Origin: Candidatus Poribacteria bacterium
GTDB lineage: Bacteria; Poribacteria; WGA-4E; PCPOR2b
DNA: 64,000 bases
NCBI GenBank assembly: GCA_965215015.1
Contig: OZ244042.1
Span: 5,152,001-5,216,000, forward strand
Direction: 5' to 3'
Below the pieces are notes generated by a model. It was not told where the DNA came from, did no database searches, and saw only the letters and a program-made list of their open reading frames with translations. Position 1 is the stretch's first letter. Each line of letters opens with the position of its first letter. Shown here in pieces: positions 52,226-61,864 of this stretch. Position numbers and translations under genes: made by a program.

Positions 52226-53371
52226 GTGACCGTATCCGTATGGCAGGAAGTGCCTGACCCCATTCAGGTGGAACACGATGATGTCGTTATCGGTGCCGGC
52301 ATCGTGGGGGCTTATACCGCGACACTACTTCGTGAACGCGAGCGCGATGTTGCGCTCGTAGATGCGCGTTTTCCCGCCGCTGGGGCGTCAGGTCGAAACG
52401 CGGGGTTTGTTTTGACGGGACAACGCGAGCCCTATCCGGTTCTGGTAGAGCAGATAGGACGAGAATCTGCCCGCGCCATTCTAACGATGGTGCGTGAAAA
52501 CGTGATCCGAATGCGCTCGTTGGCAGACCGCTTTGATGTTCCGCTTGAGGATGGGGCAGTCCATCTCGCTGAGAGCCGCGCCGAAGCCCGTGAGTTGGAG
52601 CACTGGGCTCGTGAACTGGAAGCCGATGGCGCGACGGTTGAGTTCTCGCATGGTGACCCCTACGGGTCATCGGGTTACGCCGCGATGATGCAGGTTGAAA
52701 ACGATTTCATGGTGCAGCCTGCGCGGTTGACGGAAGCCATTGCTGCCGCCTCTGGTGCCACACTTTATGACCACAACGAGGTCTATGCCATTGAATCGGC
52801 GGGGGGATGTCTCCTTGTTCGTGGACGCCGAGTGCATATCCGGTGTCGCAGGGTCTATGTCGCTACCAACGGCTATGGAGGCGATCTCCACCCATATCTG
52901 CGCGGCATTGTGAGGCCCGTGCGGGGCCAGGTAACGGTGACAACGCCGGTGGAGCGTTTAATTGACGTTGCAGGCATCACCGAGAACCACTATTTTCGTC
53001 AATTTCCGGATGGGCGTGTGTTCATTGGAGGTGCGCGGGCGTTCTTCGAGGCACAGGAGTACACCGCCGAAGATGCTGTGACGCCGGACCTACATGTGAA
53101 TCTAGTGAACTATCTGCGTCTATGGTTTCCGGGCGTTGAATTTGAGGTTGAACGGCAGTGGGCAGGTATTCACGGCTTCACGCCCGACCGTCGTGTCGCT
53201 GTAGGGTCCTTCCCGGACGAAAAGCGTGTCGTCTTTGCCGTGGGCTTCAGCGGATACGGCAACTCGATTGGTCTTGTTGCTGCTGAGCGCATGGTAGCGT
53301 TGGCGTTGGAGGGGCGTGACCCTGGGTCGCTCTCCGCCACCCGCTTTCCATCGTTCAGCAGTACTCAGTAG
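52226..53371 (+). CDS. FAD-dependent oxidoreductase, DAO/PuuB-like
   Basis: VIGAGIVG, GASGRNAG, ATNGY, WAG..GFTPD, GFSGYG. Confidence 0.88.
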   Translation: MTVSVWQEVPDPIQVEHDDVVIGAGIVGAYTATLLRERERDVALVDARFPAAGASGRNAGFVLTGQREPYPVLVEQIGRESARAILTMVRENVIRMRSLADRFDVPLEDGAVHLAESRAEARELEHWARELEADGATVEFSHGDPYGSSGYAAMMQVENDFMVQPARLTEAIAAASGATLYDHNEVYAIESAGGCLLVRGRRVHIRCRRVYVATNGYGGDLHPYLRGIVRPVRGQVTVTTPVERLIDVAGITENHYFRQFPDGRVFIGGARAFFEAQEYTAEDAVTPDLHVNLVNYLRLWFPGVEFEVERQWAGIHGFTPDRRVAVGSFPDEKRVVFAVGFSGYGNSIGLVAAERMVALALEGRDPGSLSATRFPSFSSTQ

Positions 53372-53665
53372 TACATTGATCCATTAGTTCATTGGTGCAT
53401 TGGTTCAATTGTAGTGGGTGTGCTTCGTCGTGCGTTAATTTGCACAAGGGTTACGGCATACGGGGCCCCGATAAGATTGGTTACGATTTGGTTTGTTTCA
53501 GGAACTGAAACATTGCCAAACCGTGAATCCACGATTTCATAAGTATTGAAACAGTACAACGAAATCGGGAATTTCTAAAGCAATATGCGTGCTACTAGCG
53601 AGTTGGGTTAGGTTAAAACAGCGATTGAATTGTTGTTCTTGTCGAAATTGTAGGAGGAAACACTG

Positions 53666-55429
53666 GTGCAATCCCCAGACCGAGTCGATCCAATCACATT
53701 TGAGGTTATCCGCAATGCGCTGTTGGAAGCGACAGAGGAGATGACAATTGCCCTCCGGCGTAGCGCGTACTCAACTAACATCAAGACCCGTGCAGACTTT
53801 TCCTGTGCCTTTTTCGATCGCGAATTGCGATTGGTGGTGCAATCGTTCGGTCAGCCGACCCACTTGGGATCGCTGGTTGAGTTGGTCCCGAAGGCTATCA
53901 TTGACTATGGGGTTGAAAACCTCGGTCCGGGGGATACGCTCTTAGTCAATGATCCGTATGGGGGTGGGGGCCACCTCAACGACATCACCCTCATTTCGCC
54001 CGTGTACTACAACGACGCGCCCTTCGGTTATGTCGCGAACGTTGCTCATCATGTTGATGTAGGCGGCGGTGCACCGGCGAGTGTGGGCGCATTCCGTGAG
54101 GTTTACCAAGAGGGTGTCATCATTCCGCCGGTGAAGCTGGTGCGTGGGGGCGAAATGCTGCCTGATATTTTTCGGTTGGTGCTGTCGCAGATTCGGTCGA
54201 AGCGCGAAACCGGGGGCGACTTTCGGGCACAAGTGGCGGCGAACACGACCGGCATGCGTCGGTTGTGTGCAATTATGGATCGGATGGGATTGGAGACGTT
54301 TACTTTTTACATTGATGAACTGATCGCTTATGCCGAGCGACGCACGCGGGCGGAGGTTGCCAAGCTGCCTCAAGGGGTTTTCACCGCCGACGGTTACGTT
54401 GACAATGACGGCTTTACCGATGAACCGGTACACCTTGTGGCGAAGATGGTAATTGACGACGATGGTGTTTTCTTTGATTTGACCGGCTGTGATCTCCAAA
54501 GACGAGCACCGGTGAACTCCACGTATGCCCAGACCTTCTCCGGTTGCGCGTATGTCCTTAAGTGTTTAATTGACCCCGACATACCGACAAATGCGGGTTT
54601 CTACGGATTTGTGCGGATGCTCGCTCCCGAAGGGACGGTGGTCAATAGCGCGCCACCCGCCCCGGTTGTGGGAGGGTGGGAGACGCAAACCCGCCTGATT
54701 GATGTGATGTTTAAGGCACTGTCGCCGGTTATCCCGGGTAGAGTGCCGGCGGGCACGAAAGCCATGATGTGTCACGCCGGTTTCGGCGGGGCCGACCCGC
54801 GCACGGGGGAGTACTACTGTTTTCTGGAAACAATGGCGGGTGGGTTTGGGGGGCGAATTTCCAGCGACGGTCCCGACGCCGTGCAAACGCATGGTCAGAA
54901 TACCGAGAATGCACCCATTGAGGAGACCGAAACGAACTACCCAGTACGCATTACGCGCTACGAATTGGTAAATGATTCTGATGGTGCGGGCAAACATCGC
55001 GGCGGGCTAGGGCTGCGGCGGGATTACGAATTTCTCGGTCATGAACCCTCTTTCACTATCTTGGCGGATCGAGACCGTTGGGGCCCGTGGGGTCTGTTTG
55101 GTGGACAGCCGGGGCTCAAGGCAAGTTACATCCTGAATCCGGACACGGATCCCGTTGAACTCATTTCCAAAGTAACCGTACAGCTCAAACCGGGGGAGGT
55201 AATGAGCTACCGCACCTGCGGTGGTGGCGGTTACGGTCCTCCCGAAGCGCGTGATCCAAACTTGGTGTGCCGCGACGTGCGTGAGGGGAAGGTGAGCCTT
55301 GAGCGGGCGAGGGAGATTTATAAAGTTGCGGTCGATACCCAATCGTGGACGGTGGATGCGGCGAAGACCGAGAAGCTGCGCTCCGATGACATTGTTAGCG
55401 GAGAGGAGGATCCCAATGATGGGACTTAA
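53666..55429 (+). CDS. Hydantoinase B/oxoprolinase family subunit (copy 1)
   Basis: DPITFEV, RSAYS..DFSC, NDPY.GGGHLND, AHHVDVGG, GAGKHRGG, GGGGYGPP. Confidence 0.92.
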   Translation: MQSPDRVDPITFEVIRNALLEATEEMTIALRRSAYSTNIKTRADFSCAFFDRELRLVVQSFGQPTHLGSLVELVPKAIIDYGVENLGPGDTLLVNDPYGGGGHLNDITLISPVYYNDAPFGYVANVAHHVDVGGGAPASVGAFREVYQEGVIIPPVKLVRGGEMLPDIFRLVLSQIRSKRETGGDFRAQVAANTTGMRRLCAIMDRMGLETFTFYIDELIAYAERRTRAEVAKLPQGVFTADGYVDNDGFTDEPVHLVAKMVIDDDGVFFDLTGCDLQRRAPVNSTYAQTFSGCAYVLKCLIDPDIPTNAGFYGFVRMLAPEGTVVNSAPPAPVVGGWETQTRLIDVMFKALSPVIPGRVPAGTKAMMCHAGFGGADPRTGEYYCFLETMAGGFGGRISSDGPDAVQTHGQNTENAPIEETETNYPVRITRYELVNDSDGAGKHRGGLGLRRDYEFLGHEPSFTILADRDRWGPWGLFGGQPGLKASYILNPDTDPVELISKVTVQLKPGEVMSYRTCGGGGYGPPEARDPNLVCRDVREGKVSLERAREIYKVAVDTQSWTVDAAKTEKLRSDDIVSGEEDPNDGT

Positions 55430-56162
55430 ACACGACGACGGCTGGAATATACCGGTGGCCAACCCCTTTTATCCACTGCTGCCGGCAATCTATCGGAATG
55501 TGCGGTTTCAATTTGTCTTTTTTTACGCTGTCCCTGCCGCTGTTCAGGGCTTTCTCCCTGAACCTTTAAAAGCAGCGGAGGACGGATTGTGCGTAGCTTC
55601 AGGACTGGAGGTGCCCTTCTACACCAACTATGGTCCTTTTGAAGAATCTTTTATTTTAATGAAGTGCCGTTTCAGGGAGCAGATTGGATTCTACTGCTCT
55701 CACGTTTTTCATAACGGTCCTGCTGGTATCGCTGCGGGCAGGGAAATTTACGGAACGCCGAAGGTGTACGCGGGCCTAAAAGTGACGCAAGCGGATCGGT
55801 GCATGGTGACGGAAACCTCGCTCAGTGGTGTGCCGGTGCTGAATATCAGTTCCAGTGTGGAAACCGTTGTGTCCCACGATGCAATGCCCTCCTTGGCCCC
55901 CGCTTGGCGGTTGAAGATTATTCCCAGAGCGGACGGTCCGGGACCTGCCCTCAAACAATTAATTGATTGCAGCGAAACAGCCCAAGATGTAGAGGTTCAC
56001 TTCACCGCGAAGGGACAGGGCAGGATTACTCTCGGTGCCTCTCCGTTGTGCGATCTTACCCCGCTATCACCGCTGAAATATGGAGAGGCCTTCTACATGG
56101 AGAGCAGTTATGCTGAGGGATACGCGCAGATTGTCTACGACTATTTGAGAGAGGTGCCCTAA
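55416..56162 (+). CDS. Acetoacetate decarboxylase-like protein
   Basis: LPEPL, GREIYGTPK (Schiff-base Lys motif), LKIIPRADG. Confidence 0.8.
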   Translation: MMGLKHDDGWNIPVANPFYPLLPAIYRNVRFQFVFFYAVPAAVQGFLPEPLKAAEDGLCVASGLEVPFYTNYGPFEESFILMKCRFREQIGFYCSHVFHNGPAGIAAGREIYGTPKVYAGLKVTQADRCMVTETSLSGVPVLNISSSVETVVSHDAMPSLAPAWRLKIIPRADGPGPALKQLIDCSETAQDVEVHFTAKGQGRITLGASPLCDLTPLSPLKYGEAFYMESSYAEGYAQIVYDYLREVP

Positions 56163-56165
56163 CAG

Positions 56166-56891
56166 ATGAACGATAAGCTAAAAATTGGTATCCTCTACCC
56201 CCTTTACTCTGCGGAGGACGACTACCCACGTCTTGCTGCTGCGTTGAAACCTGCGGTTGAGGTTCAGGTTGTTCATACCGATAGCCCAAACCTGCATCGG
56301 ATTGACGAGAGCCTTATCACCGGCAGTCGAGAATACCTGTTGGCGGGTGCAGAGGAGCTGTACCCTCACAACGTTGCTGTCTGTTTATGGGCTTGCACAA
56401 GTGCGAGTTTTGCATTTGGTGTGGAGGGAGCGCGGCGTCAAGCGCAGGATTTAGTCGATGCGCTCGGCGTACCGGCCTCAAGCACATCGCTATCGTTCCT
56501 CAGTGCTAGCAACGCACTTGGACTGAAGCGTGTTGCTGTCGCCGCAACCTACCCCGAAGAGCTTTCAAACGCCTTTCGCGCTTTTTTGGAGGCGGGAGGC
56601 CTTGAAGTGGTTCACATGGGGTGTCTTGGTGTCTGGACGGGTGATGAGGTTGCTCTTATTGAACGCGAAGAAGTCTTGCGCTTTGCGTGTGCCAACGACC
56701 ATCCCGATGCGGAAGCGGTACTAATCCCGGACACCGCGCTGCACACCGTTGATTTTCTGATCGAACTTGAAGAGGCGGTCGGCAAAACAGTGCTGACAGC
56801 GAATCAGGTGACGATGTGGGAAGCCCTACGCCTTGCGAACCGTTTAACGTCTCAGTCCAATTTAGGACAATTGATGAAGGCTGTTCCTTAA
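56166..56891 (+). CDS. Maleate isomerase/Asp-Glu racemase superfamily protein
   Basis: WACTSASF, VAATYP, IPDTALHT, KTVLTANQVTMW. Confidence 0.85.
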   Translation: MNDKLKIGILYPLYSAEDDYPRLAAALKPAVEVQVVHTDSPNLHRIDESLITGSREYLLAGAEELYPHNVAVCLWACTSASFAFGVEGARRQAQDLVDALGVPASSTSLSFLSASNALGLKRVAVAATYPEELSNAFRAFLEAGGLEVVHMGCLGVWTGDEVALIEREEVLRFACANDHPDAEAVLIPDTALHTVDFLIELEEAVGKTVLTANQVTMWEALRLANRLTSQSNLGQLMKAVP

Positions 56892-57157
56892 CGCAAACTG
56901 CCAAGGTAGTAGGCATACTCCGTATGCCGTAATCGTTGTGCAAATTATGGCACAGTGGTATAGGTTGGGTTGAACGGTTAAAACCGAATCTATATCAAAA
57001 ACGATACAGCGATGATTTTCAACAATATCCTCTTATAGATGGAGTGAACCTCAACTCAATTCTAACGCAATGCCTTTCAAGTGTTAGGTTTCACTATCTC
57101 GGTGAGATTTCAGCCGGAATTGAAGTTCGGGCTCCAAGCGTAATGGTTAGTATTTTT

Positions 57158-57344
57158 TAGGACTTACGCATTTCGGTTGTGAAAATTGTGTCCGATTTCC
57201 GCCTGCCTATGACTTTGACGTCCGACCATAAAAATTCACTCGTGGGGGCAGGTTTCCCAACCTACGATCACTGGCAGGTTAGGAACTCTACCACCACGAG
57301 TCGGGTGCCCTCAAGGTACTAATTGCTCAACGGCGTAAGTCCTA
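57158..57344. mobile_element. MITE with TAGGACTTACGCA / GGCGTAAGTCCTA ends
   Basis: 12-bp perfect terminal inverted repeat, TA at both ends. Confidence 0.7.
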
Positions 57345-57371
57345 TTTTTCACTAAAATTAAGGAGATCAGC

Positions 57372-57857
57372 ATGGATCGATATATCGAAGTGACTCTTAG
57401 GAAGCGCGATGTAAGTTGTATTGCGCGGATGCTTGACGACCTTGCGCCGAAGACGTGCGAGGCGGTGTGGAATGCACTGCCACAGGAAAGCGACGCCTTT
57501 CATGCCAAATACGCGAGTAACGAAGTTTACACTCTTGTCCCACCCTTTGCACCCAGCGAGATAGGCCTTGAAAATCCAACAATTCTGCCAATCCCCGGCG
57601 ATTTGCTCTATTTCTTCTTTCCACCCGGCACCATTACCAGTCCATCGGTGCGCGAGGTTGCCTATAGCACTGGCATGGTGGACCTTGCGATTTTCTACGG
57701 ACGCGATAACTTCCTTTTTTCGCCCACGATGGGACCTGTCCCCGGTAACCGCTTTGCTGAGGTTACGGAGAATCTTGAGGAGATGGCGGAGGCGTGTAAT
57801 AGTATCTGGCGTGAGGGATTTGTCGGTGAGCGATTGGCGTTTTGCCGGTTGGAATAA
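57372..57857 (+). CDS. DUF3830 family protein (cyclophilin-like)
   Basis: APKTCEAVWNALP, HAKYASNEVY, ENPT..PIPGDLLYF, DLAIFYGR. Confidence 0.8.
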   Translation: MDRYIEVTLRKRDVSCIARMLDDLAPKTCEAVWNALPQESDAFHAKYASNEVYTLVPPFAPSEIGLENPTILPIPGDLLYFFFPPGTITSPSVREVAYSTGMVDLAIFYGRDNFLFSPTMGPVPGNRFAEVTENLEEMAEACNSIWREGFVGERLAFCRLE

Positions 57858-57999
57858 TTTACATAAAGCTCACTATATTTTAGAGATTTTCATCAGAATT
57901 GTCCCCCGAAACCGTAGTGTTATGCTTAGTATTTCTCAGCCTATGCTCTATAGTGTGGGTAATGTCAACAGAACCTAGCAACTTGCGTTAAGATAAACT

Positions 58000-59718
58000 A
58001 TGAAACCGACATTTGATCCAATCAAGTTTGAAGTTATTCGTAACGCGCTGATTGAAGCGACGGAGGAGATGACAATTGCTCTCCGCCGCAGTGCCTACTC
58101 GACCAATATCAAAACCCGCGCCGATTTTTCGTGCGCCTTCTTTGACAGGGAGTTACAGCCTGTCGCCCAGTCGTTCACCCAGCCGGTGCATCTCGGTTCG
58201 TTATCTCAATCTGTGCCGCGGGTTATCCGGGAATATGGGCCAGAGAACTTGGGCCCGGGCGATGCGATTCTTTCCAACGATCCCTATCTTGGCGGCGTTC
58301 ACCTCAACGACATCACCCTTATCTCACCCGTATATTATAATGACCAACTTTTTGGCTACGTTGCCAATCTCGCGCACCATGTAGATGTGGGCGGCGGCGC
58401 ACCCGCCAGTATTGGTGCCTTCCGCGAAGTTTTTCAGGAGGGGGTCATCATCTCTGCTGTGAAAATGGTAGCGGCCGGGGAGATTGACTCGGATGTTTTT
58501 CGCCTTGTGCTTGCACAGATTCGATCCAAGCACGAAACGGCAGGCGACTTTCGAGCGCAGATAGCTTCCAACAATACCGGGGTGCGTCGCTTGAGTGCGC
58601 TGCTGGATCGGATGGGAGCTGAAACGGTCGCTTTCTATATCGACCAACTGCTTGCCTACACCGAGCGTCGGACACGGGCGGAAATTGCAAAGCTGCCTCA
58701 AGGGGGCTTCACCGCTACAGGCTACGTTGACAACGACGGTTACACCGATGAGCCGGTGCGCCTTGTGGGGAAATTGGTTATCAATGAGGATGGTGTTCTT
58801 TTCGACCTGAACGGATCTGAACCGCAGCGGCGAGCACCCGTTAACTCCACGTATGCTCAAACCTTCTCTGCGTGTGCCTATGTCCTAAAAAGCCTGATTG
58901 ACCCGGATATACCGGTCAATGCGGGTTTCTATCGTTTGGTTCAGATAGATGCGCCGCTGGGGACGGTGGCCAACTGTACGCCGCCGGCACCTGTCGTCGG
59001 TGGCTGGGAGACACAGGTGCGTTTGACCGATGTCCTGCTCAAGGCCCTTGCGCCCGCCATCCCCGACCGCATTCCGGCGGGGACGAAAGCGATGATGTGT
59101 CAGATGGGATTCGGGGGAGCCTCTCCGCGCACGGGTGAACTGTATGCGTATTACGAGACAATGGCTGGTGGGTATGGCGCGAGGGTTGCCAGCGATGGTC
59201 CCGATGCCGTGCAGTGTCATGGACAGAACACAGAGAACGCACCAATTGAGGAGACAGAGATTAACTATCCGGTGCACATTGCCCGCTACGAGCTGGTAGA
59301 TGATTCGGACGGCGCAGGTAAATATCGCGGTGGGCTTGGGTTGCGGCGTGACTACCTCTTTGACCATGAGGTTTCGTTCACCATCTTGGCAGATCGGGAT
59401 CGATGGGGGCCTTGGGGGCTCTTCGGCGGAGGCGATGGGGAGATCGCGCGCTACATACTGAACCCTGATAATGAAGCAACCCAACTGGGCTCCAAAGTTA
59501 CAGTTCAACTAAAGCCGGGGGATATCATGCGGGTGCAGTCTTGCGGAGGTGGTGGTTACGGTCCCTCTGTGGAGCGTGATCCACAGAGGGTGTTACAGGA
59601 TGTGCATGAAAGGAAGGTGAACCTTGAGCGAGCGCGGGCGGTCTATCGTGTAGCGATTGATCCGGACGCTTGGACCGTGGACGAGGCAGAGACCGAAAGG
59701 TTACGGTCAGGGCAGTGA
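58000..59718 (+). CDS. Hydantoinase B/oxoprolinase family subunit (copy 2)
   Basis: Colinear close paralogue of 53666-55429 with the same motifs. Confidence 0.92.
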   Translation: MKPTFDPIKFEVIRNALIEATEEMTIALRRSAYSTNIKTRADFSCAFFDRELQPVAQSFTQPVHLGSLSQSVPRVIREYGPENLGPGDAILSNDPYLGGVHLNDITLISPVYYNDQLFGYVANLAHHVDVGGGAPASIGAFREVFQEGVIISAVKMVAAGEIDSDVFRLVLAQIRSKHETAGDFRAQIASNNTGVRRLSALLDRMGAETVAFYIDQLLAYTERRTRAEIAKLPQGGFTATGYVDNDGYTDEPVRLVGKLVINEDGVLFDLNGSEPQRRAPVNSTYAQTFSACAYVLKSLIDPDIPVNAGFYRLVQIDAPLGTVANCTPPAPVVGGWETQVRLTDVLLKALAPAIPDRIPAGTKAMMCQMGFGGASPRTGELYAYYETMAGGYGARVASDGPDAVQCHGQNTENAPIEETEINYPVHIARYELVDDSDGAGKYRGGLGLRRDYLFDHEVSFTILADRDRWGPWGLFGGGDGEIARYILNPDNEATQLGSKVTVQLKPGDIMRVQSCGGGGYGPSVERDPQRVLQDVHERKVNLERARAVYRVAIDPDAWTVDEAETERLRSGQ

Positions 59719-59899
59719 TAATGGGCGGATGGACTGCTTCTGCAATATTGTCAGAATCAGGATTGACTGGGTTTTAGGGTTCTCAGAATTTTTAGGGCGT
59801 ATCATTTTTTTACTCTATATCGCTTGGATATGTCTATCCAAGCGGATTCGATAATTTCCGCTTCCCTCAGAAAATGACAAAGCGCAGATGAAACCCGTA

Positions 59900-60499
59900 T
59901 CAACTGAGTGCCCTTCGGAGGGTGCTCGTGATTTCGGAGAGAACCCCTACAGGTGTGTCGGTCGCATCGATTTCTTGGATTTGGTCTGACGGATAATAGG
60001 ATAGGGTCGGTGCAGTTTGGTGTTCGTACTCCTCGAGCCGGTGTCTAATCACCTGTTCGTCGACATCATCGGACCGATTTTCACGCAGTGCCCGCCCTTT
60101 TATACGTTTCACAAGCACTTTCATGTCCTGACATCGCAGGTAGATGATTTGACGCACATCGATATAATTGTCCATCGCCCGTGCCTGTGGCAAGTTGCGC
60201 GGGATTCCGTCTAGAACTAAATAGTCTGCCGCTGGCTTGAACTGCTCAGTCTGCACCAAATTGTCGATATAGTCACGCCATAATTGAATCGCCAGATCGT
60301 CTGGGACAAACTCACCCTTGTTGGAGTATTCGAGGAACACCTTGCCGAGTTTGCTATTGAGGTCTAGGGCGCGGAGTACTTCTCCACAAGCGACATGCAC
60401 AAACCCCGGAATCTGGTTAAGAATTTTGCCCTGAGTTCCCTTTCCTGTGCCAGGGGCACCAAAAATTAAAACTGTTCGATATTTGGTTGCAGATTGCAT
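59900..60499 (-). CDS. adk: Adenylate kinase (short-LID type)
   Basis: GAPGTGKGTQ, GEFVPD, LDGIPR..QA, RALRENRSDD. Confidence 0.85.
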   Translation of the reverse strand: MQSATKYRTVLIFGAPGTGKGTQGKILNQIPGFVHVACGEVLRALDLNSKLGKVFLEYSNKGEFVPDDLAIQLWRDYIDNLVQTEQFKPAADYLVLDGIPRNLPQARAMDNYIDVRQIIYLRCQDMKVLVKRIKGRALRENRSDDVDEQVIRHRLEEYEHQTAPTLSYYPSDQIQEIDATDTPVGVLSEITSTLRRALS

Positions 60500-60529
60500 C
60501 GGTACGACTTTTTTCTCCTTCGTTTCAAA

Positions 60530-61525
60530 TTATCGATCAATCTGTTCGGTCCATTTGTTAGGTGCCGTGTCGATTTCGTATTCAGCGAAGACGCGATCGA
60601 TTTCCGCCTTCGCATCGTCCGTCAGCCTCCAGCCAACAGCACCCATGTTATCCTCGACTTCAGAGGCCCGCCGGGCACCAACAAGTGAGACGCTGACCGC
60701 AGGGTTGGAAATCACCCAATTGAGTGCGAGGTGTGGCAGCTTTTTGCCGAATCCGTCCGCAATCCTTTTGAGTTCATTCACCGCTTGAACGTTACGTTGG
60801 AAAATCCCCGGTAGAAACAGCTTTAGCGACATGTTGCTTCCTCCCCTGCGTCGCCAATCGTCTTCTTCAAATGTGGTTTCTTCGGTAAACGCTCCCGCCA
60901 ACATTCCGTAGGCGAGCGAGCCGTACGTCATAACCCCCATACCGTTCTCTTGGGCATAGGGGAAAATCCATTTCGCCATACGCCGATCAAACAGATTGCA
61001 AGCGTACTGTATGACATCGACGCGCCGTGTTTCCATGCAGGTTTTGATTTCGTCTATGGTGAAGTTAGAGAGACCGACAAATCTCGCCTTTCCTTGCTGC
61101 ACAATCTCCTCCAACGCTTCCATCGTTTCATCAAACAGGGTGGTGCGGTCTGGCCAGTGGACCAGATACACATCGACATAATCGGTGTTAAGCTCTTTCA
61201 AACGACGGTCGATCGCAGCGTGTGCCATTGAACGACGGCTATCCCGTCCATTCAGGCGGTCGTTTTCGTAGTGAATGCCGAACTTTGTGACAACGATAAC
61301 ATCTTTGCGACGGTTCCCCAATGCCCGTGCCAACAGTTCTTCAGATTTACCCATGCCGTAGGCTTCGGCGGTATCAAAGCAATTGATACCGAGGTCTAGC
61401 GCGCGATGGATTGCCGTAATGACCTCGGATTCTTCGATGGAACCGTAGCCTCCGCCCATCTCCCAGCAACCGAACCCGATTGCTGAAACCTGTAGTCCTG
61501 TCTGCCCAAACGCTTTATATTCCAT
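60530..61525 (-). CDS. Aldo/keto reductase
   Basis: CFDTAEAYG, VTKFG, DYVDVYLVHWP, GKARFVGLSNF. Confidence 0.92.
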   Translation of the reverse strand: MEYKAFGQTGLQVSAIGFGCWEMGGGYGSIEESEVITAIHRALDLGINCFDTAEAYGMGKSEELLARALGNRRKDVIVVTKFGIHYENDRLNGRDSRRSMAHAAIDRRLKELNTDYVDVYLVHWPDRTTLFDETMEALEEIVQQGKARFVGLSNFTIDEIKTCMETRRVDVIQYACNLFDRRMAKWIFPYAQENGMGVMTYGSLAYGMLAGAFTEETTFEEDDWRRRGGSNMSLKLFLPGIFQRNVQAVNELKRIADGFGKKLPHLALNWVISNPAVSVSLVGARRASEVEDNMGAVGWRLTDDAKAEIDRVFAEYEIDTAPNKWTEQIDR

Positions 61526-61570
61526 GATTGACCTCCCCTGTTTCCGCTGTTAGCTATTGCTCACCTCATC

Positions 61571-61652
61571 ATTGTATTATGTTATTTCGCAATTGTCAAG
61601 GGCAGAAAATGCCTAGGGCGCACTTGACATATCATCGCCGGTTTGATACACT
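61571..61652. promoter_or_regulatory. Back-to-back sigma70 promoters
   Basis: Minus strand TTGACA-17-TACAAT (61599-61571); plus strand TTGACA-17-TACACT (61624-61652). Confidence 0.65.
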
Positions 61653-61864
61653 GCCCCTAGTGATTATAATGCAAGTTACTACCTATCGCCCTGTTGGGGC
61701 TATGTTGGTTTATTGGTTCAGCAGAGTTGGGGTTCACGGTTCGTGCTCAACCCAACCTACGACACTCAAGAAACACACTCCGCGGTGGCGCGATTTGCAC
61801 AGGAGTTACGGCATACGGAGTATGCCTACTACTATTTTTTGGAATAAGACAGGAGAAAAGCAGT

